DNA of 63,998 nt, the filler included, from Stramenopiles sp. TOSAG23-3 (taxonomy: Eukaryota), in the NCBI GenBank assembly GCA_900128585.1. It is 5 parts of 5 records of this genome, joined end to end, with 100 filler letters (N's around TTAATTAATTAA, not from the genome) between each part and the next. Parts side by side here need not be neighbours in the genome. Positions count along the whole stretch, not along the records: positions 26,600 to 39,784 come from LT642638.1; positions 39,885 to 53,063 come from LT642639.1; 3 more parts are not named here. One strand, written 5' to 3'. Position 1 is the first letter of the stretch, and each line of letters begins with the position of its first letter. Position numbers and translations under genes: made by a program. Below, one piece after another: positions 31,254 through 40,792 of this stretch. The notes under the pieces are model-generated. The model was not told the origin of the DNA. It saw nothing but the letters and a program-made list of their open reading frames with translations, and searched no databases.

Positions 31254-32183
31254 TTATCGTATCCATTGCGAAGGGTCCAACAGAGCAACTGGGATGGAAC
31301 CGACAGGGAATGCGTTCTCGACCATTAACCTTTGGGCATCCGTGAACTTGGAGTCGTTGAAGATTCCCAAGTTTTGCACCAATTGCTCTTCATTGTCCAC
31401 CCCGCCAACAATTGCGTCCACAAACGGAAGGGACTGTACGAACAAATAGCACAGCTTTAAGCGCGAGCCTGCGCCGGTTTCGACGACTAACTTGTCCAAA
31501 ATTGCGCACATCTTCTCCACGTCCACAGACTCCTTCGTTTTCGGCCACTTTTCAGGGCCGCTGAGCAGAATTCCTTGCAGCACGCACGAACGGCAGTGCA
31601 CTGTCACGTCCGTTCGATCCCCAATGACCTGCATAAACTCTTTAGTCCTCCATCGCCAGTCCAGCAGGTTGAGGGGTATTTGGATGTGCTTAACGTCTTT
31701 GTTTTGAAGGGCGGTGACCGCTTCCTCTACGTTTTGGACGGACACGCCAAGCTTGCTGATAACCCCTTCCTCTCGCAGCTCCACTAGCCTGTCCCAGACG
31801 GGGGTGTTTATTTGAGACGCTCGATGAAGGCACAGCACGTCCAGCTTAGACGTTTGCAATTCTCGGCAGGATCGAAACACGCTGCTGTCTACTGCAGCGG
31901 AGACAACGTCGGGTCTGTTCATGTGTTCCGAAACCCAGTCCAGCGGGTGCAGTTTCGTCACAACCGACACCGAGGAACGTAGTTTTTCGTCATCGCACGA
32001 CAGAATTCTGCCGAGGCGCTCTTCTGCAAGCCCGTACGCCCTGGCCGTATCGAGGCACGTGACACCAAGACCAACGGCCTTCTTTATCAACCCATGAACG
32101 TCCTCCTCCGGAAGAAGTCCCGTCGAGTTCGTAATACCATACACTAGACCAAACTGTACTGTGCCGAGACAAAAACCACTCAT
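31254..32183 (-). CDS. Aldo/keto reductase, bacterial-type
   Basis: LGTVQFGLVYGITN, LDTARAYGLAEERLG, VVTKL, LDVLCLH, KLGVSV, IQIPLNLLDWR, LLDPSQW. A possible 75-nt in-frame intron (32199-32273) lies upstream of ATG 32183. Confidence 0.85.
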   Translation of the reverse strand: MSGFCLGTVQFGLVYGITNSTGLLPEEDVHGLIKKAVGLGVTCLDTARAYGLAEERLGRILSCDDEKLRSSVSVVTKLHPLDWVSEHMNRPDVVSAAVDSSVFRSCRELQTSKLDVLCLHRASQINTPVWDRLVELREEGVISKLGVSVQNVEEAVTALQNKDVKHIQIPLNLLDWRWRTKEFMQVIGDRTDVTVHCRSCVLQGILLSGPEKWPKTKESVDVEKMCAILDKLVVETGAGSRLKLCYLFVQSLPFVDAIVGGVDNEEQLVQNLGIFNDSKFTDAQRLMVENAFPVGSIPVALLDPSQWIR

Positions 32184-32817
32184 TGTTTGCAATAATCCCT
32201 GCGGGAGGGGAGAGGGGGGCAGATATAAATAAAAAAAAGAGTAAAGTGCACAATTCCTACCACACACGCGCACTTGTTTAATTGTGTAATATTGTTCCAA
32301 TGACAACCCGTTGTGAAAAGACATTATTTTTTATTACTACTATCAGACGGACTATATCGGACTTTCATTCGGATCGTAGTACACTATATTTTTTATAATA
32401 TTTATATAAAAAAATACTACACTTTTTATTATTATTACTTTTGGTATATTAAAATATCACATCGTCGTATTATGTATTAATAATATCAACCAACAACTTT
32501 TTAACACGACAGAAGACAGAAGAAGAAACGAACAACACGAGTCCACCACCACCAGGTTACTACAGGTACCAGGTATAAAATATTAATATATTATTAACAA
32601 CGAAACAAATATAACAGAACCAAGTAAGGATTAGAGTATGAGGACGCTAAATTTAATTACTTAAAATAATAACAACAGCCAATTTTCTTGTTTTTAATAT
32701 AACTAGTCGTCGTCTATCTATTATTAAATAATAGTCGTCGTCTAATAATAATAAACATAGTAAATTACTCCTCGTGATTGATATATGGTTAAAAATAATA
32801 TCCCTTCCTCCCTGTGT

Positions 32818-34842
32818 CTACCGGCTGCCACCGACCATATTTTGCAGAACATCAAACGCAGCGAGGGCTTTAGATTCTTTACTGCCCGTTTGGGGTGAGC
32901 CCGCGTCTGCTTTATTTCCCCCAGTGGCACTGACCCGTTGACGGTACAAGTCCAGACTCTTTATGACATGCTTCCTTGCATCGAACTCGGAGCCTTTCAT
33001 CCACTCGCTAACATACTCGACGACTGTCAAGTTTAACCTTTTGTACGGGTACTCGAGTTCTGCCGGGCACATCCCGATCAGCACGTGGAGTATCACGCTC
33101 GTGGGCAGGCTGGTCATTCCGAGCGAGGAGCTTGACTTCAGCAGCTTGCCGGTGTTCTGCAGCAAATCGATCATGTCCTGCAGCATGACAAGCTCTTCTG
33201 AACCATCTATGGCGGCGCTAAACTCTATTTCCAAGTTTTCCAGCGCTTCGAGGATGGCCGCGGGGCTGCCGGCGCCGCTGTTCACCGCAGCATGCCGTAA
33301 CGCCCTCCCAACGATTTCCTTCGTCGACTTGTTGATCCCCAGCTCCACCACTTTTTTCAGCCCTTCGTCGCGCGCCACGGCCCTGTTTTCACGGTTGATC
33401 GCCTGAATGAGAGACCGGGCGTTGTTCACGGTTGCAATTCCGTCCGGGACGTGAGACATCAAACGGGAGTGCGAGCGGGCCAGGTACACCTTCAAAAATG
33501 GGGAAAACGCCCCGAACAGTGCATCCTTCTGCCACGCTTCACGCCCAATTCCTTCGTTTCCCACTTGGCGTGCGCGGCTGTCCGTCGTGCGAAACATTCG
33601 TTCGAGCACGTCGTTTAAGGCAAGGCGCAGCCTTGGGTACTCCTGGGTCAGGACCCGCTTTACCAGGGCGTTTCCCTTGGCCGCCGCGGCAAACCGCTTC
33701 CCTACGATGGCGGTGGCTTTCATCCAAAAAGAATGAAACGGGCCCTCGTACTTCTTCTTCCCGGCGCTCCCGTCCTTCGCCCTGCTCTCTTTCTTTACGA
33801 CCGTCAAAAATACCACGTGGTTTACCGGGTCCCGCTTCTTCGCCAGCACGCGCTCCAGGTTCCAGGCTTGCAGCGAAGTCACGTGAAGCCGTTCCCAAAA
33901 GTCCTCCAGTTGTTGCCAGAGCTGTGCGCGGACCGCCGGGGCGCTCGCCGGGGGCGGCTTTGCGGGAACCTCCAGCACGGACGTCGCAACGTCCCCTATC
34001 GAATTGGCTATGAACAGGAGCACGTTGTTCACTTCCTGTGACAGCGTTCCCAAATTGTAAAACGCCTGAAGTGCGTTTCCCAAATCGCTCTGGTTCAGCG
34101 CTTGGACTGTCTTCTGCAGCGTATCGGTGGCCTCTCCACGGATTCGCCTGCCCGCCTGCCTCAAAAACGCCCGCTTCGTGTCGACGGCGGTCACTCCCAT
34201 CAAAACTTTCGGTTTGATGTTCTCTTCTGCTTCCTTCAGCGCAGCCGCCGCCCGTGCAACGTTGCGGGCAGGCGGCGCCTTCCCCTCGGACTCTGCGCTG
34301 TCAAAGCTCTCCAGGGACTTCTTCAACGCCTCGAGGGCGTTGACGCAGCGAAGGGTCCGCCGCAGCGCGTCGGTTGCGTCCTGCATGCGCTCGATTTTCT
34401 CGACCCTCGCCACCGCTTCCTTGTACGGGGACAGAACGGACGACTTCGTTTTCGACGTCGATTCCTTCAGCGCGTCGCACTGGGTCCGCACCAACTTCAT
34501 GGAAGACCGCAGCGTGCTCAGGTGGGAGATCCTAGACGTCAGGGACCCGTGGTGGTCCGTGACGTGCATGGCTATTCTATTGTCTATTCGCGCGGACTGC
34601 GTTTCCAACTGCTCCAGAAAACGCTCCGTTGCGCCTGCGTCCTTCTGGATCATTTCAGACACGAACGCAGACGCGTCAAAATCGTGGGCGAGAAACTTTT
34701 TAAACCGCTTGTCTCTTCGCAGATCTGCCAGCGGGACTGGGCGCGGTGCACTTACCGCCGGGCTGCCCGGCGTCCCCGGTGCGACCGACAACGCCCCCCC
34801 GGCGAAAGGCGCACCGGGCGCCGCGGCTGAGTGTAACGACAT
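32818..34842 (-). CDS. COG5: Conserved oligomeric Golgi complex subunit 5
   Basis: FLAHDFDASAF, LNQSDLGNALQAFYNLG, QAWNLERVLAKKRDPVNHVVFL and EYPRL are typical of COG5. Confidence 0.85.
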   Translation of the reverse strand: MSLHSAAAPGAPFAGGALSVAPGTPGSPAVSAPRPVPLADLRRDKRFKKFLAHDFDASAFVSEMIQKDAGATERFLEQLETQSARIDNRIAMHVTDHHGSLTSRISHLSTLRSSMKLVRTQCDALKESTSKTKSSVLSPYKEAVARVEKIERMQDATDALRRTLRCVNALEALKKSLESFDSAESEGKAPPARNVARAAAALKEAEENIKPKVLMGVTAVDTKRAFLRQAGRRIRGEATDTLQKTVQALNQSDLGNALQAFYNLGTLSQEVNNVLLFIANSIGDVATSVLEVPAKPPPASAPAVRAQLWQQLEDFWERLHVTSLQAWNLERVLAKKRDPVNHVVFLTVVKKESRAKDGSAGKKKYEGPFHSFWMKATAIVGKRFAAAAKGNALVKRVLTQEYPRLRLALNDVLERMFRTTDSRARQVGNEGIGREAWQKDALFGAFSPFLKVYLARSHSRLMSHVPDGIATVNNARSLIQAINRENRAVARDEGLKKVVELGINKSTKEIVGRALRHAAVNSGAGSPAAILEALENLEIEFSAAIDGSEELVMLQDMIDLLQNTGKLLKSSSSLGMTSLPTSVILHVLIGMCPAELEYPYKRLNLTVVEYVSEWMKGSEFDARKHVIKSLDLYRQRVSATGGNKADAGSPQTGSKESKALAAFDVLQNMVGGSR

Positions 34843-36131
34843 CCTTTTTCCTTCGCTAACAGTTGGTGGTGGGCATCAAATGGGAAGGAAAAGAAATAAT
34901 TGAAAGGAGTGAATAAGAAGAGCAGATTTTATTATGGACTGAGTGTGTTTCTTCTTTTAACCTTGCCCAACTGACATCAAGACTCGATATAGTTTAAGTA
35001 TTGATCGTGTATAATAATAATAATTTAAATATATATACCTGTGGTAGGTATTTTAATTAACTAAAATGTAAAAAAACGCTGCTGATTCATTCAATTTTTC
35101 GATCATAGAGACTAGACTAATTACACAACACAACATCATCTTCTTCTCATCATCAATTTCAATATAATATTAATTAATTATACCGGTATATAATGACAAT
35201 AATAAAATAATAATCAATCATCATATCTAATAGAACGACTACAACATCAAAATGTATTATTAAATACATCCGATTGCCACCGATGATGACTGACGACTGA
35301 TTCGATCTAAATGTACAATTAAGATCTTAATAAATAAGATGATGTTTTAGTGGATTTATTAGGGATAAGATAAGAGGCTAGGTTTACATATAATGTTATA
35401 ATTAGGGCTAATAAATAGAATTAGAACGACGTAAATGCTAAATGCTAGTAGAACGACTAAAAATGAGAACTGAACTTTTCAGAAAAGTTGGATCTTTTGT
35501 TTGATAGACAACTAAATATAAAGGATTACTATTGAAAAAATAACCCAAAGAATGGGTTATCTTTACGCAAATAACAAAGAAATAAGAAGAGAAGGACAAA
35601 ACAGTAAAAAAAATCACTAATAAGAACTGAAAATACTTCAACTTGTGTAATTTTAGGTAAAGTAGTCCAAGTAAAAAATCATGAATAAGTTTTTAGAACT
35701 TATTCACAGTCAAATATAATATTTTTCCAGAATGTATATTTCATATATTTACTTAAAATTATAAAAGAGTGAAACTGTTCTCTTTTTTTTGTTTTTTTCG
35801 GGGTCCTTCAGAGCCACCCATACCCAACCCAAACCATGCTTTGTTTCTTTCTTTAAATAGGAAGAAACAAAACAGAGTCATTGTATTTAGTTATATTATA
35901 GTAGCTTATTATTTTACCAAAGGGTAACTATGTAATTATACAATCAATCTTTGATCTTTGATGCACCAAAAGGTATTATTATTACATTATTATAATACGA
36001 GGAGGATGACTACAATATTATTACAGTATAATTAAACTACTATTATATAAACAATAAAAGCTCTGATGAATAAATAATAATAATAATAAAATAATAACAA
36101 CTTCTTCTGCTCTACTAGGATTCTTTATTCC

Positions 36132-36167
36132 TACATGTCCTTGTACATGTCCTTGTACATGTCCTTG
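36132..36167 (+). repeat. 3 x 12-bp tandem repeat TACATGTCCTTG upstream of IDH
   Basis: Direct reading; lies ~160 bp upstream of the IDH ATG. Confidence 0.85.
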
Positions 36168-36323
36168 TAATTGCATATGAATGAGGAAGAGGGTTCTTGT
36201 ATCCTTTTCTTAAAAAAGACAAGGGAAGTATTTGTCCAATCTAACCCAAGACATACAAACAACAAAACCCAAAATAATAAATAACATCCCAACTTTTTAA
36301 TTGTTTTTATACTTTTACCAAAT

Positions 36324-38567
36324 ATGATGCTCCGAACCACCGCGTCTCGCGCCATGGCAGCCGCGCCGAAGCGAATGGGTGCACAGGCAATGTCCACCGG
36401 CCCAAAGATTATTTACACCGACTGTGACGAAGCCCCCTACCTTGCCACATACGCACTTTTGCCCGTCATCAAACGGTTTGCAGACCCTGCCGGCATCGCC
36501 GTCGAAAAGTCGGACATCAGTGTGGGTGCCCGCATCCTTGCCCAGTTCGGCCTGCACGACGACAAGCTTGCGGAGCTTGGTGAGCTTGCCAAGACCCCAG
36601 AGGCAAACATTATCAAACTCCCGAATGTGAGTGCCTCCATCCCGCAGCTGACTGCCGCCATCGCAGAGCTGCAGAGCCAAGGGCATGACATCCCTGATTT
36701 CCCAGCGGAACCATCGAATGCTGCGGAGGAAGCCACCCATGCCAAGTACGCTAACGTTCTGGGCAGTGCCGTCAACCCAGTCCTTCGCGAAGGGAACAGT
36801 GACCGGAGGGTCGCGGCGCCCGTCAAGCAGTACGCCATGAACAACCCGCACAGGATGGGGCAGTACGAGGATGGCTGCAAAAGCCATGTGTCCCACATGG
36901 ACGACCATGACTTCTTCAGTTCCGAGCAGTCTCACATCATGGCCGAGGCGGGAAGCGTTCGAATCGAACACGTCGGCGCGGACGGCACCGTCACGGTCTT
37001 GAAAGAGTCCACGGAGTTGCAGAAGGGTGAAGTTATTGATTCCAGCCGCATGGACTGCGCCGCCTTGTGCGACTTCTTCGAGAAAGAGCTCCAGGAGGCA
37101 AAGTCCCAGAATCTTATGGTATCCCTTCACATGAAGGCGACCATGATGAAAATATCCGACCCCATCATCTTCGGCCACTGCGTCAAGGTGTACTACAAAG
37201 ACGTCTTCGAGAAGCACGCGGACACCTTCGCCGAGGTCGGGGCCAACGCAAACAATGGCATCGGCGACATTTACGAAAAAATCCAAGGTCACGCGAAGCA
37301 GGCGGAGATTGAAGCCGACCTCATGGCCGTGTATGACAGTCGCCCGGGCCTCGCTATGGTCGACAGCCACAAAGGAATCACCAACCTGCACGTTCCCAGT
37401 GACGTCATCATTGACGCGTCCATGCCCGTCGTTGTCCGAGACAGCGGGAAAATGTGGAACAAGGACGACGCTTTGGAGGACGTTAAGTGCATGATCCCAG
37501 ACCGCTCGTACGCCAGGTTCTACAAAGCCATCCTGGAGAACTGCAAAGAGCACGGGCAGTTCGACGTCGCAACAATGGGCAATGTGCCCAACGTAGGCCT
37601 GATGGCGCAAAAGGCCGAAGAGTACGGATCGCACGACAAGACTTTTGAGGTAGAGTCGAATGGGACCATCCGTGTCGTCGACGACAACGGAAACGAGATC
37701 TTCTCCCACTCCGTCAACCAAGGAGACATCTGGCGAATGTGCCAAACGAAGGATGCCCCCATTCGTGACTGGGTGCGCCTGGCCGTGTCCCGCGCCCGCG
37801 CCACCGGCGCAAAGGCAATATTCTGGCTCGACGAAAACCGCGCGCACGATGCTAATTTGATCGGCCTTGTAAACGAGTACTTGAAGGACCACGACACCAG
37901 TGGGTTGGATCTTTCCATCGCCGCCCCAGTGGATGCGGTCAATGAGTCAATGACGCGGGCCCGTGCAGGATTGGACACCATCTCGGTCTCTGGTAACGTA
38001 TTGCGTGACTATTTGACCGATATGTTTCCAATTTTGGAGCTAGGAACCTCGGCCAAAATGCTGAGTATTGTTCCCTTGCTTGCCGGCGGAGGTTTGTTCG
38101 AAACTGGCGCTGGCGGCAGTGCACCGAAGCACGTGCAACAGTTTGTCGCGGAGAACCACTTGCGCTGGGACTCTCTCGGGGAATATTTGGCCCTGGCGGT
38201 ATCGTTTGAAGACTTGGGGGAGAAGACGAACAACGATCGCGCGAAACTGCTCGGTCAAACCCTGACAGACGCGACTGGGCAACTCCTCGAGAACCGCAAA
38301 GCACCGTCCCGTAAGGTGAACGAGTTGGACAACCGTGGAAGTACCTTTTACATCGCGATGTACTGGGCCCAAGAAATGGCCAAACACGACGATGCCTTCA
38401 AGGGATTGGCCGAACAATTGACAGCAAACGAGTCCGTCATTGTGGACGATTTGATCAGTTGCCAAGGAAATCCTGTGGATATCGGTGGATACTTCAGGCC
38501 AGACCCTGCAAAGGTTGAGGCCGCGATGAGGCCCAGCAAGACCTTCAACGATATTCTTGGTATGTAA
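36324..38567 (+). CDS. icd: Monomeric NADP-dependent isocitrate dehydrogenase with mitochondrial targeting presequence
   Basis: [85 protein letters not shown]-terminal 23 aa are Arg/Ala-rich with no acidic residues. Confidence 0.95.
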   Translation: MMLRTTASRAMAAAPKRMGAQAMSTGPKIIYTDCDEAPYLATYALLPVIKRFADPAGIAVEKSDISVGARILAQFGLHDDKLAELGELAKTPEANIIKLPNVSASIPQLTAAIAELQSQGHDIPDFPAEPSNAAEEATHAKYANVLGSAVNPVLREGNSDRRVAAPVKQYAMNNPHRMGQYEDGCKSHVSHMDDHDFFSSEQSHIMAEAGSVRIEHVGADGTVTVLKESTELQKGEVIDSSRMDCAALCDFFEKELQEAKSQNLMVSLHMKATMMKISDPIIFGHCVKVYYKDVFEKHADTFAEVGANANNGIGDIYEKIQGHAKQAEIEADLMAVYDSRPGLAMVDSHKGITNLHVPSDVIIDASMPVVVRDSGKMWNKDDALEDVKCMIPDRSYARFYKAILENCKEHGQFDVATMGNVPNVGLMAQKAEEYGSHDKTFEVESNGTIRVVDDNGNEIFSHSVNQGDIWRMCQTKDAPIRDWVRLAVSRARATGAKAIFWLDENRAHDANLIGLVNEYLKDHDTSGLDLSIAAPVDAVNESMTRARAGLDTISVSGNVLRDYLTDMFPILELGTSAKMLSIVPLLAGGGLFETGAGGSAPKHVQQFVAENHLRWDSLGEYLALAVSFEDLGEKTNNDRAKLLGQTLTDATGQLLENRKAPSRKVNELDNRGSTFYIAMYWAQEMAKHDDAFKGLAEQLTANESVIVDDLISCQGNPVDIGGYFRPDPAKVEAAMRPSKTFNDILGM

Positions 38568-39008
38568 ACGCGTCAAGGTGCGTTCCCCAAGAGCTTGCTT
38601 CTTTAGCGCGAAGTTGAGCGTTGAAAGCAGCAGCAGAAACCCAGTCCGGCACAAAAGAGTCCCATTGATGTTGTAACTTTAAAAAATCAGAGTGTCAAAT
38701 CTGTATTTTTTTTAAAGATACGAACTTCTCTACTTCGTATTAGATAATCACGAAGAGTATCTAAATTAAGTTTACGACAGTAATTAAAAACTGGCTGTTA
38801 TGATATTTATTAACGAGTAATTAACGTTAATTTTGATTTTAAAATTGTGAAAAAGTGTAGATTTCTAAAATCCTCCCTCATGACCCTAACGTGAAAACAA
38901 CTGAAAATTTTGGCCTCGCCGTAAAGGTGCTAAATGCCCTGTTGAACGCATCGTAAAACTTTCTTCCTCGGCCAGTGTTCCCTTTTCACCCCAACCCCAA
39001 CGCCGTTC

Positions 39009-39671
39009 TCACCATACGGGTTTGCCCTCGCCTGCCGTGAAAAATCGGGGAAACTTGTTTTTAAATTTGCGGTGCGAGTGCCCATAATAAGCGACGGTCC
39101 AATCGGCAGGCTCTTTTCCTTTTTTCGTAGACTCTGGGGTGGATACAATGTCTCCAAGTAACGGATGTTTGCGGCATTTTTTGCTGCAACAAGAGGACAA
39201 TAGGCACTGGCCATCGGTGCCTACCTGCCTCACGCTCCATTGGTACGATCCCATTCTATGTTGGAAGAGGCGGCGGCACACGCTGCAGTAATTCCATGGA
39301 ACAAAAGAAAGTATTGTGTTCAACACTATGAAAGGCGTCGTCACAGACACGGCCTTTTCAATTAAACCTGAAATGTACCTTGGGCCCACTGCAAAGCCCA
39401 TGCCCCCTTTCTGCATGTTGGGTCCATCCACAGGAAGCAACGGTGGGTTCCACAAGGAGTTTTCTTTATAATTTCGAAACAAAGCCCTTGTCGAAAACTG
39501 GGAATCGCGCAGTTTCCTGCACCCAAAAACGATTTCGGCCGGCAAATCATGTGGACCATAAGAAGTGTACATGTCCAGATTTTCCAGATCGTGGCACTGA
39601 CCTAGCTCGCGCGGCAACCGGCACACGTTGCTACTGTACATGGATAAACTTTTCAAGTGCTTCCAGTACAT
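39009..39671 (-). CDS. Leucine-rich repeat protein with C-terminal Cys cluster, probably 5' incomplete
   Basis: LKSLSMYSSNVCRLPRELGQCHDLENLDMYTSY LRR units, then CSVC...CCSKKC. The ORF starts mid-LRR next to the dispersed AT-rich motif and the contig end. Confidence 0.65.
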   Translation of the reverse strand: MYWKHLKSLSMYSSNVCRLPRELGQCHDLENLDMYTSYGPHDLPAEIVFGCRKLRDSQFSTRALFRNYKENSLWNPPLLPVDGPNMQKGGMGFAVGPRYISGLIEKAVSVTTPFIVLNTILSFVPWNYCSVCRRLFQHRMGSYQWSVRQVGTDGQCLLSSCCSKKCRKHPLLGDIVSTPESTKKGKEPADWTVAYYGHSHRKFKNKFPRFFTAGEGKPVW

Positions 39672-39784
39672 TAATTTTAATTACTTTAAATAACAGCCCA
39701 TTTTCTTGTTTTTAACAAATACGATATTCAATTCGAGTAACAATTTTACATGTTTGGACAAATCCCTTTTAACTTATTTTTCAT

Positions 39785-39884
39785 NNNNNNNNNNNNNNNN
39801 NNNNNNNNNNNNNNNNNNNNNNNNNNNNTTAATTAATTAANNNNNNNNNNNNNNNNNNNNNNNNNNNNNNNNNNNNNNNNNNNN
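39785..39884. other. Artificial contig linker
   Basis: N44-TTAATTAATTAA-N44. Confidence 0.97.
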
Positions 39885-40153
39885 AGGCGAACAGATTTAT
39901 CGAATTATCCTCAAGTTTACCTATCTAAAATATCGTATTAAATTTTCATACTTTATGGATCATTACTAAAATGTTAATACATAAAACCTTGCGCGAGAAG
40001 ATGAATATTAATACTTCGTAATAAATTACAAACTACGATTATTTCTTGATCCCCTTCTTTTTCACTGGGAATTAGATTTAATAAAGGAATTCCAAAGCAC
40101 TAGGAGATTAAATAAACGAATTCCACAGTTTTGGGAACACTGATTCGATCATA

Positions 40154-40500
40154 TCAATTCTTTCGTAGATGAACTTTAATCTTTCTGCACAGAACATATT
40201 GTTTGGAATATCTATCCGCGTACGTGACGGGCAGTCCCGGTACATAACCACTTCGAAGCTTCCACAAACTCGAGGTACGAGTGGCCTTCAAACCACTGAA
40301 AGATATCCATACGATCTCTTGGTCGGCACACTGATACCCGAAGTTTGCTGATACCAATCATTTTGATATAGAAGTTGCGGTCATAAAATATTTCTGGAGG
40401 GAAGAGTGTCTTTATGAGACTCAGCTTGAACCGACACTGCATAAAAGGCGGGGGTAAACGCTTCTTGTTCGACGTTTGTTACCGGTTGTGTTTGCGACAT
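40154..40500 (-). pseudogene. Possible frameshifted orphan gene fragment
   Basis: Overlapping short minus-strand ORFs (MSQTQPVTN..., MQCRFKLSL...) switch frame near a G-run at ~40450. Confidence 0.3.
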
Positions 40501-40565
40501 GGATTTTCGTTTGGTTGAAGTTTCTATCTCTTGAAAACATAGACGGCTAGTATGTATAAATGGAC

Positions 40566-40658
40566 GCAGAACGTCGCAACCGGTCCGAACCGATATGTAG
40601 AACTTCGCAACCGGTCCGGACCGATATGCAGAACGTCGCAACCGGTCCGGACCGATAT
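40566..40658 (+). repeat. 3 x 31-bp tandem repeat containing palindrome CGGTCCGGACCG
   Basis: Units start at 40566, 40597 and 40628; consensus GCAGAACGTCGCAACCGGTCCGGACCGATAT. Confidence 0.93.
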
Positions 40659-40792
40659 GTCGGGCCACAGAGTCGGGCCACTTTTAGCTTACACGGTTAA
40701 GGCGTCCCGGAAGGTATGGTACATACAAAAAAATGTCTTGGTATGAATTCTATTTCTAGAAAACTGAAGAAAAGAATATATCAATTATCACA

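Noticed and set aside
36315-37892. 525-aa antisense ORF over IDH
   Set aside because: Typical shadow ORF from strong codon bias on the sense strand; no recognisable motifs.
40566-40658. CRISPR array interpretation of the 31-bp repeats
   Set aside because: The units are head-to-tail with no spacers and there are no cas genes.
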